From positions 52,762,001 to 52,826,000 of the forward strand of contig NW_027266308.1 in the NCBI RefSeq assembly GCF_022045235.1: a stretch of 64,000 nt of DNA, given 5' to 3'. This document shows, piece after piece, positions 26,501 to 36,396 of the stretch. Within the stretch, counting starts at the first letter, position 1, and every line of letters starts with the position of its first letter. The notes beneath the pieces are model-generated. The model had not been told where the DNA came from. It ran no database searches and saw only the letters and a program-made list of their open reading frames with translations. Made by a program: the position numbers and the translations under genes. The DNA comes from Haliotis cracherodii (lineage: Eukaryota).

Positions 26501-29500
26501 CCGGTTATGGCGCTTCGTTTCTACATCCGACGATCCAAGGAACGCCGCAGGCAACGACGACGCCTCTTCGTACCGGTATCTGCGACCTCGCAAGCGGAAG
26601 TCAGCCGTAACACGATCGCCCTCTGACTACGAGCCATCATCCTCCAGGCCTACAAGGTTTCGGGATTGGATCCCCCACGCTCCAACAACCCGCATGAGAT
26701 CCGGGCGGTCGCCTCCACCATGGCGCTACACAGCAACTGCCCTCTACGCTCCATCATGGAAGGATGTTTCTGTCGACCCAACACGTTCTTCGCCAGTCAC
26801 TACCGGCGAGACGTCACATTGGAGGATGTGCAAGGCGCGCACAGCTTAGGTCCGTTAGTAGTGGCCCAACAGGTCACCACTACTACACCTCATTGACCAC
26901 GCCTCCAAGTGCAGAGCCGGCCTTTGTAAGCCCTGGACTAGAGAGTTCATGCCTCATTTGCATACGGCTCCAGTCTCGACCTACCTGATCGTTATTGTCA
27001 GGCTGCGCAGTACCAGGACACAACGCATACCTGACTCTCTTCCCTTCCATGTAATGGCCATCCAGACCGACCATACAGCCGAAGACGGCCTGAGGGAGAC
27101 GGAGTTTCCCATAGATGGAGTGGTCACCTGATGCCAACCACAGCCGAGGACGGGCTTTAGGGAATGGGAGGTTCCCATACATGGAGTGGCCACCCGAAGC
27201 CGCCCACATTGCCAAGGATTGGCTAGGGTACAGAGTCTGGAAATAAAGATGAAAGTCCACATCTGAAGGTATGCCCTCCTCCGGTTCCGTCCGATAAGGA
27301 TGCATTAAGGAGTAATGCAGGATAAGTAAACAATCTAGTAAAATCCTAGATATTTTTTTATATTTGTATATCTATCCTGCATTACTGCGTCTAAAGGGAT
27401 CCACCCATCGCAGATCTACCTCCCCACGATGCCTTCCGATGTTTCGGACTCCAGAGTAATGTGAGGATCCGTGACGTCACTTCCTTTGGTCACGTGGGAG
27501 CTGCGTGATTGCAATTGGTTGGTCTCTCAGTTAGTTGGAGCAACTTCTTCAAGCAAAGACCTTCACACAGCTCTTTTCTCTGAACACTAGTAAATAGAAC
27601 AAGCAGTAAATATACAAATATAAAAAATATCCAGGATTTTACTAGGAATAGCATACACGTACGTTAGCAAATGTATTACTCATCTTGTACGTTTACGTGC
27701 GTGTGCGCGTGTGTATGTGTGATACATGTAACATTATTCGGAGGAGAGATATCGTGATTAATCATAAGTGGTAGAAATAATATAATGACTGTGTATCGAT
27801 AGGAAGATAGATATTCTGTTCTGTTTGCGTGCTGTATCTGTTCTAATACAAATCTAGTACTTATACACTAAGGCCTTTGTGATAATAAAAGAGTCTCACA
27901 AATCCCATAAAGATTGCATGCCAAATCAGGCGCACGCAATTTTTTTACTTGCTATGAATAACGTGAAAATCAATGGACGGTAATTATTTCTCTTACATAT
28001 ACATATATCACGTTGCACAACAATATATTACTTTTTCACACATTCGCTGATGTTCTGTTTTCCAGCGATCAGGTTACTTGTTACCATGTCAACGTGACGC
28101 CACCAGGTACTATAATCTATTATTATATATTGCAAAATCGCAATACGAAGTATTACTGCCAACCAGGCCATAAGCACGTTGTATACCGGAGATTCACAAC
28201 GTCATGTCATCATACTTTATGCTATTCACCAATCTTCCATAATCAGACTTTGTGTTGGGTACATAATTGTACCGTCTGCATTCAGGGCATTAATGATGTC
28301 ATTGACTCCTATTTCCATTACCTTTAAACGACCATGAGTTTTATTTTAATGCCTCCAAGTAAACATAAATCATATGTAATATTATAATATTGGAACTCTG
28401 ACACTGGTTATTGTCAAAATGTATAAGCATTGTACTAGTGTTCATCTACGTCAAGTAACCAGCGTTTATTTAAACTTAATTTAGGAGGTGATGGTTCAGG
28501 ATCAGGATCGGGAACAACTTCAAGCACAGTAAGTTAAAGCTATGAGAGCACGCTGGATGATTCCGGGACAGTACAGGTGACAAGTGCCCTACACTAGACA
28601 TACATTCTATGAGCCGTGGAAAATAAAAATCGGATGGTTGAGATGCACCACGAATGCATGGATCGTTGTTTATACTGTCAACCATCGAGCCTAGATGCGA
28701 TATTTGTAGAATAATTAACATAATCCTTCGTTATATGTAAAATGATTTAATAGCGTTCCATGTTTCGGATGGATACAAATTAAGCCGTGGTATTTTCCAG
28801 GACCACTTCGAAGCTCCAACTCCCACAGATGGGAGCACAGTTCCGTGTGCTGCTGGCGACAACTGTCACCTATTAGTATACTCCAAACCAACTACAGGGA
28901 ACAAATGGTACGTTAACATGTTGTATTGAATGTTCTCGTTTGTACTCATCGCCTAAATATTGGCCCAGACTTGGTTTGAGAGAGCCCAATATGTTTAAAT
29001 TGTATCTTCTTTGATGGTTAAAAACAAATCTAAGACTCAGACCCTTTCGTTTTATGTATTACCTTAATTGCATAACATAGACAATTTACTAAGAATGATA
29101 AGAGTTCTTTGTCAAAAGAATTTAAACGTTGGAAATCCAAATTAAGTCATTTTGTTGTTTTAAAGTTACCAAACTATTGGCGTAACTATTGGTGCTCTTT
29201 ATTACAATATGAACAGTTCAACTCGGTGTTTACAGTCCTCAGGTTAGTTATGGGAATACGGAAGGCGTAGAGACACATATCTTTCCTACCAAGACGCTCA
29301 CAGGGACGTGCGCTACTGATGTCCTCATAACACCCGACTCCAAGACAGGGGATCATCAGATATGCCTAAACTCAAGGTATTAATAGTTTTTGTACTGGAA
29401 GGAGTCATGCCTGATGTTTCTGAACCGCTATTGGACATTCTGCGAAGAATTTTAAATGCACGTCTATTACAGTTTTAATCAGTTCAGCCTACTATCAGGC

Positions 29501-32500
29501 TGTGGGGAACTTATTCCATAGCATGTTCTCAGTGCTTTGTTTATTGCTGCCGTGTCACTTCAGAGTATTTGAAAGATTAAACACGTGTAATATATTTAAG
29601 ACAAATCGATTACTTTTTTCAGGTCGAGTGACCCACCTCGCTGTTTCAAAGTTGATCCTGACGCATCCAGTAAGTTAATTCAATTTCAGTCAAGGGATCA
29701 AACTAACACTCTTCCATCAGAGATAAAAAGCCATCTCATTAGTGTTACAGGTACAAACAGCAAGTATGTTTCTTGTACTGACAGCACGGGAACAGAACGT
29801 GTATCTTTATTGAAAAGACAATGCCGGTACATGTTCTATATTTTCTGTTCTAGAACCTTGTGCAGTAACGTCGTGTGGTCATGGGGTGTGTATTGTCGAG
29901 ACAAACCACACTAGCACGTGTTTGTGTGACGATGTCCATTCGGGAGACAGTTGTAACACAGGTATCTAATGTGACATAAGATTAAAATAATATTAGATTA
30001 CAAAAATATTACATTGTACTTACATATATGTTACGAATATATATCACTGTTATACAGTAACTCAGAGCACATTATTCTTCCATTCTACATTTTGCATGCT
30101 ACGTTACAAGAGTCAGAAATAAGTACATCGAGATGATAAGCTTAATTTAAAAGCACTTGTCAGACCCGAAAGGTAATAAGAAATGACTTTTTGTGAAAAG
30201 TATACATGAATGTACACTCCAGAGACGCCCTGCAAGTCATCCCCATGTCAGAACCATGGAGCGTGTGAGAACGACGGGAAGAATCCGATATGCCACTGCC
30301 CCACAGGCTACACTGGCGTCAACTGTGAGACAGGTACACAGCTCAAAAGTCCAAGTTTGATAGGCTCTCCAGGGAGTACATACTTGCAGTTGTTTTGCAT
30401 GACAAGAACACTTAAGCCATCGTTTAAGAGGATGTGGCAAACATATTAATCTTCAATGAAATTGTATAATATTTTTAAGCTACTTGTACATGCATGTTCT
30501 TGTAAGCGTTTATCTGCAACGATTACATTTTATCGATACTAAGTGTCTGTAATGTCTGCTTCAGTTCAGCATCATTTTATATTTGACTATTCATTTATTT
30601 ATATTTTTAAACTTTGTTTCAGGCATACACGTCCCTCTTCATCAGAAGGTAATATACTTTTTTCAGTTTCTGTAAACATATCTTTAATTTTCATTTATTC
30701 TTTTGAAAAACAATAACCGCGTGTGCTACGTTACTTGGTTGCACAAAGAATCAATTATGTAATTGCCTGTGAAACAAAAATTATGCTCGGTAGTAAGTAA
30801 GTTGAATGTAGCCTATACCTTCTTTCCTTCTGAAACAACTGAATACTTTTGTAACATGGTTGATTCTATTTCATGAAGCCTACATTTACCGGTGCAAGCA
30901 TCGAAAATGGCGGAGTTTTCAACTGTGTGAAAGATCAGACCTGCACAATTCCACTCTCCATTTCAAAAGGACAAGGGTAACACAACTACTACAGTGGTAT
31001 TTCTATGTCTGATTGTGGGATCAGTTGGTAGGGAGTGTGTGTGTGTGTGCGGCTAAACGGATGAGTGAGTGAGTTGGGTTTAACGCCACCTTAATGAGTA
31101 TTTCAGTTATATCATGGCATGTCCGCTTCACATATGAGGAAACCCCAAAGTGTTTCAGACGTTTGCCACGTTGGTGAAACCATGGTTTTGGTGCCTACAA
31201 ACCCAGAAAACATAATCAGGACGATACTGCGATTCGAACCCACTTTCATAGATTTCTGGCACGCCTAAGGAATATAACGCTGCCAGCGAATTGCGGCGAC
31301 TCAGACCACTTGGCTACCTTGCCCGCTGAAAGGATGATGAATGCATGAGTTATTGAGATTAAGACTGTTTCCCATACACGCCTAATTTTGTTATGCCGTC
31401 TATGAGTGAGCGAGTGAGTTTGAATTTACGTCAATTTTAGCAATATTCCAGCAATATCACGGCGGGGAACACCAGAAATGGGCTTCACTCATTATATGCA
31501 GTCTATAACAGTGTATGACATGTATACAGTATAACATTCATATCAGTATTTCACAATCAGTTTCTTAATCAAGACAAGTATACCAATGAATTAGCTTGCA
31601 TCATTGTGCTTATTCTCCTCCAGACCAGTTCCAGTGATTAAGATTGGCCCTCACAGTAATGGACTAACCGTCCAGTCGCCAGATCTCCCAGCAAAGGATA
31701 GGGACACGCCAGGACGTCAAGACCTATACACGAGTCAGATGCACATTACACCAACCGAGGCTGGCGAGAAAAAAATGTGTGTCAAAACTGGAAGCGATAC
31801 AACGGATGTCTATAGGTACAGTCAATGCCCACTGTTAATGAATTGACAGGAATTTCTTTGCGTTAAAGTAGAGACACTTTCAAGGCCCATGAATGTAACG
31901 TATTTTTCTGACGACAGCATTCCTTGTTCTGCAGTGGTTACAGAAGGCTGACAGAATGCAAGCAATACGTGAATACAACTAATCTCTTAGTTACAAATAT
32001 TGTGGTTTTGTTTGGTTCTTTCATGTATACATTTATGATTATTATCAATATTAAATATTTTTACAGCGCAAATGCCGATACAGTCTGCTACCATCTTCAC
32101 GTTACTGACACTGGTAAGATATATAGTTACTAAAGATTTATTTATATGGTGTCAAACAAGCTAATTATACGCAGTTCCCACATAACGAAATTAGTAACGA
32201 TTGTCACTTATAGTATATTGAATTACAGACAAGCATCAAATTTAAATTATTCGACTATGACTGTTTGAAGTCACACAACACAATAGCCAGTATATTCGTC
32301 CAACAAAATACAATTCAAGACATACATTTGAAACGTGTAGGTATGTAAATATTGATAAAAACAACTTTGTAAAGCTAAAGTGTGTCTGTAATTGAAGGAG
32401 AGTATCATTTTAAGTGTATTTATCATAACAGAGTTTAATAATCTGATCGGTTGTATTTGGAATATCAATCAGAATACAAATTTGTCCATCTGTTTAAGTC

Positions 32501-35500
32501 TAATTCAAAGACAACTTTACAATTTTGTCGAGATGGAAAACTCATATGCAAGCTTTGATACTCCCTTGAAATGATTTGTACATTTCCCGCTTAAGCGAAT
32601 GGGACAAAACATAAATCTAAGATCTTAAACTCTGTAAACGTTTTGCTATCAAACGTACTGGTATGAATGAATACTAGTAGATCCTACATATGATTTACTA
32701 TAAATTGTGCGTTTCAGGAACAACAACACCAGTGTCAAAGGTGAGTTTTCCGCGCGAAACACTGAGCGTTCAATTCGAAGTAGAATGCATGCTGGGTCAT
32801 TTTCGACATATCACAAAGGTATCCTGATTTCGTTCTTAAAATATCTTCGGATATATACCCAAGGTTTATCCTTTGTAGGTTAATGTACATTATATCTAAA
32901 ATGGATAGAATTATCAGTAAACCGCCCGCATGTTATCAAGAATCAGCGGTCCACCGTAACTTGATAATGACCTCATGTGGCTTGACGACGGGCCATTATC
33001 ACGCCCGTTGTTGGGTGACGTCACAGGGTAGGTATAGGTGACGTCACGTTAAATAGTGACGTCATCTGGTTTGTTCTAAGATGTTTCCATATTGGTAAAA
33101 GTGGGTCAGTGACATTTGTGTTGATTGCAGTAAATGTTTCCAAACCGATATTGTTGTTCTTTTTATTCAATACAAAATTCCATCCATTTTAGCTATAATA
33201 ACGGTAATGCTATTTTTCAGGGCATTATCATTTGCAGAAGCCGTCGGTCAATCAACTGACCTCCTTCGTCGGGCAATTAATAGAAGACCTCGGGCTTCTG
33301 CAAATGATAATGCCCTGAAAAATAGCGCTACCCTTATATTGTAACACTATGTACTCTTCGCTACAGGATAGTTTCCATGACCCTACACCTGTTTCCGGGA
33401 GCACCATACGATGTTCACAGGGGAAGGACTGTCACATGATACTTCATACACTTCCTGATAATGGCGGTCAATGGTATGTAGCTTCTTTAATTCCAGTATT
33501 AATAGACAATAAACGCCGAGACCTACATCACTTCGGACTTTCCTCCCAAATTAAGCTGACACGCGGCGATATAACTGGAATACTGTTATAAGCGGCGTTA
33601 ATCCCAACTCACTCACTCATTCGTGTTCCAGCATACTTACTCAAATACACCTGGCTGCCCATTTGATAACACTTCACTAAAACGACTTTCAAACTTGACG
33701 AAATGACACTTCCATTGTTTGGCTATCCCAAATTGATCGTCATACCCTGAAGTATACTTGAGAAAAGTAATCTTCACCAGGTACATGTGTATGGAATGTT
33801 AAAAGCGGAACAATGAGAGTATCTATAACATGCTCCTTAGTCCGCGTCTTAGTCCGAATGTATACGGGTTTTTTTTGCTGATACATGTATTGGTATGTTC
33901 ATATGTAGCCCGCAAGTCACTACAGATACAAGCACGGCAAATGTCTTCCCTACAAGAAAGGATACAACTTGGACCGACTGTATCACAGATGTATCGGTAC
34001 CTGCTGCAATTGCTCAGCATCCATCGACAGCCTGTCTCAAAGCTAGGTACGCTCGATCAAACACCTAAATCACGAAGGGTTACTTCTACAAAATAATCAT
34101 ATTAATCAAAACGACTCAGCCCAAAGAACAATGTACAGAATATCATTGATCTACATGAATCCGTGATTATAATACGACCCTTTGAATTGGTCTTGTTTTA
34201 TGGTGACAACCACCAGGTCTTCACTGTGATTGAACATAGATTATGGCATACACATTTTCCTTTTCTTCAATAGGCAAAGAGAACAACCAAGATGCTATTC
34301 CACCAAACCAACACCACCAACAGGTTTGAAGCAGATCTACCTTATTTTTAAATGTGTTACCATGAACATACAGGTATTACAAAGTGTTTTGGAAACATGA
34401 TGACTTTTATTTTGAGATTACATTTGCCCATCATCAAGTATAAAACGATCAAAATGTCTTCGAAATATTCATTTACGTCATTTTTGTTTGCAGATGTCTG
34501 TTCGGCCAAAGGCTGCAATAAACTTCATGGTGCATGTATCCTGGAGAAAGACGACACAGCAAGCTGTCTGTGTGACAGTCCCTTCAAGGAACCTACGTGT
34601 GGTAAGAATGTGCATGTCAGATAACGATGTGATGAATAGGTTTTTCATGCTATCTTTGATTGAATGTATAATTTTAATATGACTAAAGATCAATCTCGAA
34701 GTAAGAAGATGTAGGTTTGAAAAAATGATTTTTTAGTTGACATTCATTCATTTTATATGATTGAACTAGTTTTCATCAGTGTGATTATCTTTTTATTAGA
34801 TCCCTGTCAAAACCACGGTATTATTGAGGGAGGGACGTGTCATTGTTCGACGGGATTTACGGGGCTGTACTGCGAAACAGGTGAGTTTTAATATGCAATA
34901 TCAAGTAATTATTACATTTCTTCAACTATGTATCAAAATTACACTAATCCAGTAAAGCAGTTATAATACTGATTCCAAAGATGCATTATATAGGTAATAT
35001 TGTTCAAGGATGTTTTCACGGGCCCAAAGTGTCAAAACCGTATGTCACCAATCATGTTTCCTGCAAATATCTTACATGTTCCTGATGAATTGTGTTAAAT
35101 TAACGTTTAAGTTCAAAACAATTCTCATTCAACCTAAAATGATATAACACGGATATGAATGAATGAAATTTAGGCCAAAGCAAAAGCCATGTCAACACAA
35201 TGCAACCTGTTTCGGTGCTGGCAATCCTATGCCTGGCACCTATGTCTGCATGTGCAGTATGGGCTTCACTGGAATGAACTGTGACCAAAGTATGTCAATA
35301 GAAATATGAACACACTGAAGAGTGTGATCATATTGTAGCGAGCGTCTGTGTTCTATAGACCCGTTATGTTAGAATTAACATTGACGCGGTGCTGTAGTTT
35401 GTTTGACCCCCGTAGATAGAGTAACGTCCCAAAAATGACAAAGCTTGAATATACCCTGTTGTATTAGTATCCCAATGTACGATACACGATTGCACATGAT

Positions 35501-36396
35501 ATACATTTCCCTACATCCTACTGTCTATTAGAAAACAGAAATAACACTTGCTGCATACCTGTGTGATGTGTAATAATGCCTCGGTAATATAGGAAACGTT
35601 TAGAATTGCCATACAAACATGTAATAACAAGTAGCAGAGGAAAGTCTGAATAGAGAGAATAAGGCATTCGTGAAATCCGCTGGGCAAACTATTGAGAACA
35701 TCACAAAGTGTATACTGCAGACCCCTCTTTGTCGATCTCACTGATGACAGCGAAACTGTTGTTAACCCATCATGTAAACGTTCGTTTAAAATATGTCGAA
35801 TGCGGGAGGGTATAGCTTTAATACCTCGTGCCGCGTGAAAGTGGTTGAATAATTCGAACTACTCGATCTTAATTTAAAATTATTGTTATCTATCCGGCAA
35901 AGGTTAACACACACCCCTCTTCTCACCTACCCCACCCTACTCGTTTTACAAAGGGCATTGCATGTTGGTGCTGATGTTAATTGTTTTCTTTTTTTGAAGG
36001 ATTACGCAATTAGATAGACATAAAAAATAATATCCAACTGTTGCTATTTGCATTTTGTATTCAATGTATGAATTTCAATGTTTGCTAATTCACTTGTACA
36101 TTTTTCAACTTTTATCAACATCATTCGTGTTCATGTCATCATTTCATATCATTTTGTTTTGAATATATGATCTATATGTGTTTCTTGAATTTGCCAATAA
36201 CACTGAATTGTATTTGCCTGAATTTGTGCTACTCTATTTACACGTGACAGTGATATAATATGTGTTGATTACTTATGTTTTCCTTTTTATTTTTTCAGGT
36301 GATGATCACAACGTGCATAACTTAGACGTGCATCGATTAGAATTAATCATAATTTGCAATAATGTCGCTAGTCATAATTCAATACTTTGTGGTTAA
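1109..36396 (+). CDS. Gene A: large secreted multi-EGF protein with Sib/integrin-beta-like N-terminal region and repeated Cys-containing modules (multi-exon, ~1,600 aa; 3' end uncertain)
   Basis: Manually spliced. All junctions are AG/GT, phase-compatible and stop-free: 1109-1252, 2094-2410, 3718-3864, 5449-5581, 7957-8127, 8212-8351, 8484-8660, 9858-9898, 10101-10135, 10844-10944, 11736-11906, 12051-12097, EGF 12444-12548, 12872-12994, 13459-13572, 13964-14077, then 15195-15247, 15899-15999, 17979-18146, 18681-18733, 18869-18891, 19367-19476, 19978-20103, 20368-20414, EGF 21439-21555, 21754-21864, then 21994-22013, 22525-22619, 23063-23236, 28066-28106, 28485-28528, 28801-28907, 29236-29376, 29623-29669, EGF 29854-29961, 30223-30333, then 30623-30648, 30879-30976, 31624-31815, 32067-32113, 32718-32740, 33367-33473, 33909-34046, 34274-34323, EGF 34494-34601, 34800-34880. 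Tentative: 34994-35039, 35174-35289, 36299-36396 (stop). Exons 2-13 are independently supported by paralog B. Confidence 0.85.
1451..1503 (+). pseudogene. Partial duplicate of gene A signal-peptide sequence in intron 1
   Basis: ATCATGAGAGGAGCTATGGGGGAATCTTTGGTGTCTCTCCTCCTCATT nearly matches 1106-1153. The frame stops after 22 codons. Confidence 0.75.
1648..1934 (+). mobile_element. tRNA(Leu-like)-derived SINE
   Basis: A-box-like TGGCCCAGTCGTCTAAGGCG, B-box GGTTCGAATCCC, (CACT)n tail, 13-bp TSD ACTTACTTTAAAG at 1635-1647 and 1935-1947. Confidence 0.85.
3020..3660. mobile_element. Non-autonomous hairpin-containing element (MITE-like)
   Basis: Hairpin GTGAAATATCATGTT...AACATGATATTTCAC at ~3050-3170 and two TTCACTGCAGTGAA palindromes at 3568 and 3597. 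Boundaries approximate. Confidence 0.45.
3990..5255 (+). mobile_element. Degenerate Tc1-like DNA transposon
   Basis: Remnant C-terminal transposase ([17 protein letters not shown]...[14 protein letters not shown]) and TIR-like end TTTTGAAGAGTATA at ~5242-5255. Left end approximate. Confidence 0.6.
4830..5112 (+). mobile_element. tRNA-derived SINE with Meta/MESC-type central domain, nested in the Tc1 remnant
   Basis: B-box GGTTCGATCCC and core CAGTGAGCTAGCAATATAAAT...GGACTAGTACAAGC. Related copies at ~11425-11680 and ~18175-18505. Confidence 0.7.
6953..7029. repeat. (CA)n microsatellite
   Basis: Imperfect CA run seen directly. Confidence 0.95.
9060..9315 (+). mobile_element. 3' end of L2/CR1-type LINE
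   Basis: Decayed WN-LP...FKSQLK-LF-like coding followed by a 3' stem-loop AAGCGCTTTGAG...GCGCCATACAAAT. Confidence 0.5.
10177..10317 (+). mobile_element. Short tRNA-derived SINE (HalSINE1-like)
   Basis: GGCGGCCGGGTAGCC..GTGGTTGAAGCGTTCGCTCGTCAC head, GATATTGCTGGAATATTGCTAAAAGC body, (CACT)n tail, TSD-like TCTAGTTCAT. Confidence 0.8.
11425..11680 (-). mobile_element. Meta/MESC-type SINE copy
   Basis: Reverse-complement similarity to 4900-5100 (CTAGTCCGG...GTGCTAGCCCACTGAGATACCATGC). Confidence 0.65.
12444..14077 (+). CDS. Gene A EGF cluster 1 (four phase 1-1 EGF exons, two Ca-binding-type)
   Basis: [13 protein letters not shown]...; [16 protein letters not shown]...; [17 protein letters not shown]...; [15 protein letters not shown]... 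Each has six Cys. Confidence 0.9.
14176..14312 (+). mobile_element. Truncated SINE of the (CAAA)n-tailed family
   Basis: GATTGTCTGGTCCAGACTCGAT...GACCGCCGTCATA shared with copies at 43431, 45155, 47872 and 62262. Confidence 0.7.
14428..14950. repeat. Foldback-like element: inverted arrays of degenerate ~20-bp repeats
   Basis: Left half repeats TTTCTCGTTATTTC-like units; right half repeats the complement GAAATAACGAGAAA. Confidence 0.65.
15297..15552 (-). mobile_element. tRNA(Leu-like)-derived SINE copy
   Basis: Reverse complement of the 1648-1934 family. Confidence 0.8.
16176..17613 (-). mobile_element. Tc1-like DNA transposon, full length but decayed
   Basis: TIRs CACTCTTCAAAAAAAGAAACGCA / TGCGATTCTTTTTTTGAAGAGTG with TA TSDs. 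Transposase pieces [52 protein letters not shown], with frameshifts. Confidence 0.9.
18175..18505 (-). mobile_element. Meta/MESC-type SINE copy
   Basis: tRNA-like head at ~18440-18505 and core matching 4830-5112. Confidence 0.7.
20487..20572. repeat. (TAC)n(TAA)n compound microsatellite
   Basis: Seen directly. Confidence 0.95.
20573..21028 (+). mobile_element. 5'-truncated non-LTR retrotransposon with restriction-like endonuclease (R4/Dong-like)
   Basis: [42 protein letters not shown] resembles the RLE motif. Flanked on both sides by (TAA)n. Confidence 0.6.
21029..21270 (-). mobile_element. 3' end of L2-type LINE with (ATT)n tail
   Basis: Minus strand reads ...TTCAAGTCAAGACTTCAAACATTTTTG...AGCGCTTTGGGC...(ATT)n. 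Confidence 0.45.
22720..22878 (+). mobile_element. HalSINE1-like SINE
   Basis: Same head, body and (CACT)n tail as 10177 and 56584. Preceded by a partial head duplicate at ~22680-22715. Confidence 0.85.
23518..27645 (+). mobile_element. DIRS1-type tyrosine-recombinase retrotransposon, internally deleted and frameshifted
   Basis: Inverted LTRs at ~23549-23690 and ~27455-27612; ICR at 27300-27371; gag-like CSKC...DPHPLCLNC at 24122; RT ([30 protein letters not shown]); RNase H ([16 protein letters not shown]); recombinase C-terminus (HEIRAVAST...FASHYRRDV). Confidence 0.92.
31062..31325 (-). mobile_element. Diverged tRNA(Leu-like) SINE copy
   Basis: (GAGT)n tail, GATTCGAACCC B-box complement, similarity to 60622-60907. 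Confidence 0.7.
31404..31492 (-). mobile_element. Truncated HalSINE1-like SINE
   Basis: TTTAGCAATATTCCAGCAATATCACGGCGGGG...AGAAATGGGCTTCAC matches the 56584 copy. Confidence 0.7.
32890..33337. mobile_element. Hairpin MITE-like element
   Basis: Near-perfect ~35-40-bp hairpin GCTATTTTTCAGGGCATTATCATTTGCAGAAGCC...GGCTTCTGCAAATGATAATGCCCTGAAAAATAGC at 33202-33333, plus inverted CTAAAATGGAT / ATCCATTTTAG at ~32895 and ~33182. Confidence 0.6.
33515..33620 (+). mobile_element. 5'-truncated tRNA(Leu-like) SINE
   Basis: Matches the 3' half of 1648-1934. Confidence 0.75.

Noticed and set aside
25578-26849. 423-aa ORF, the longest in the track
   Set aside because: Alternate frame overlapping the DIRS RT/RNase H region; not a host gene. 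The recognisable motifs are in other frames.
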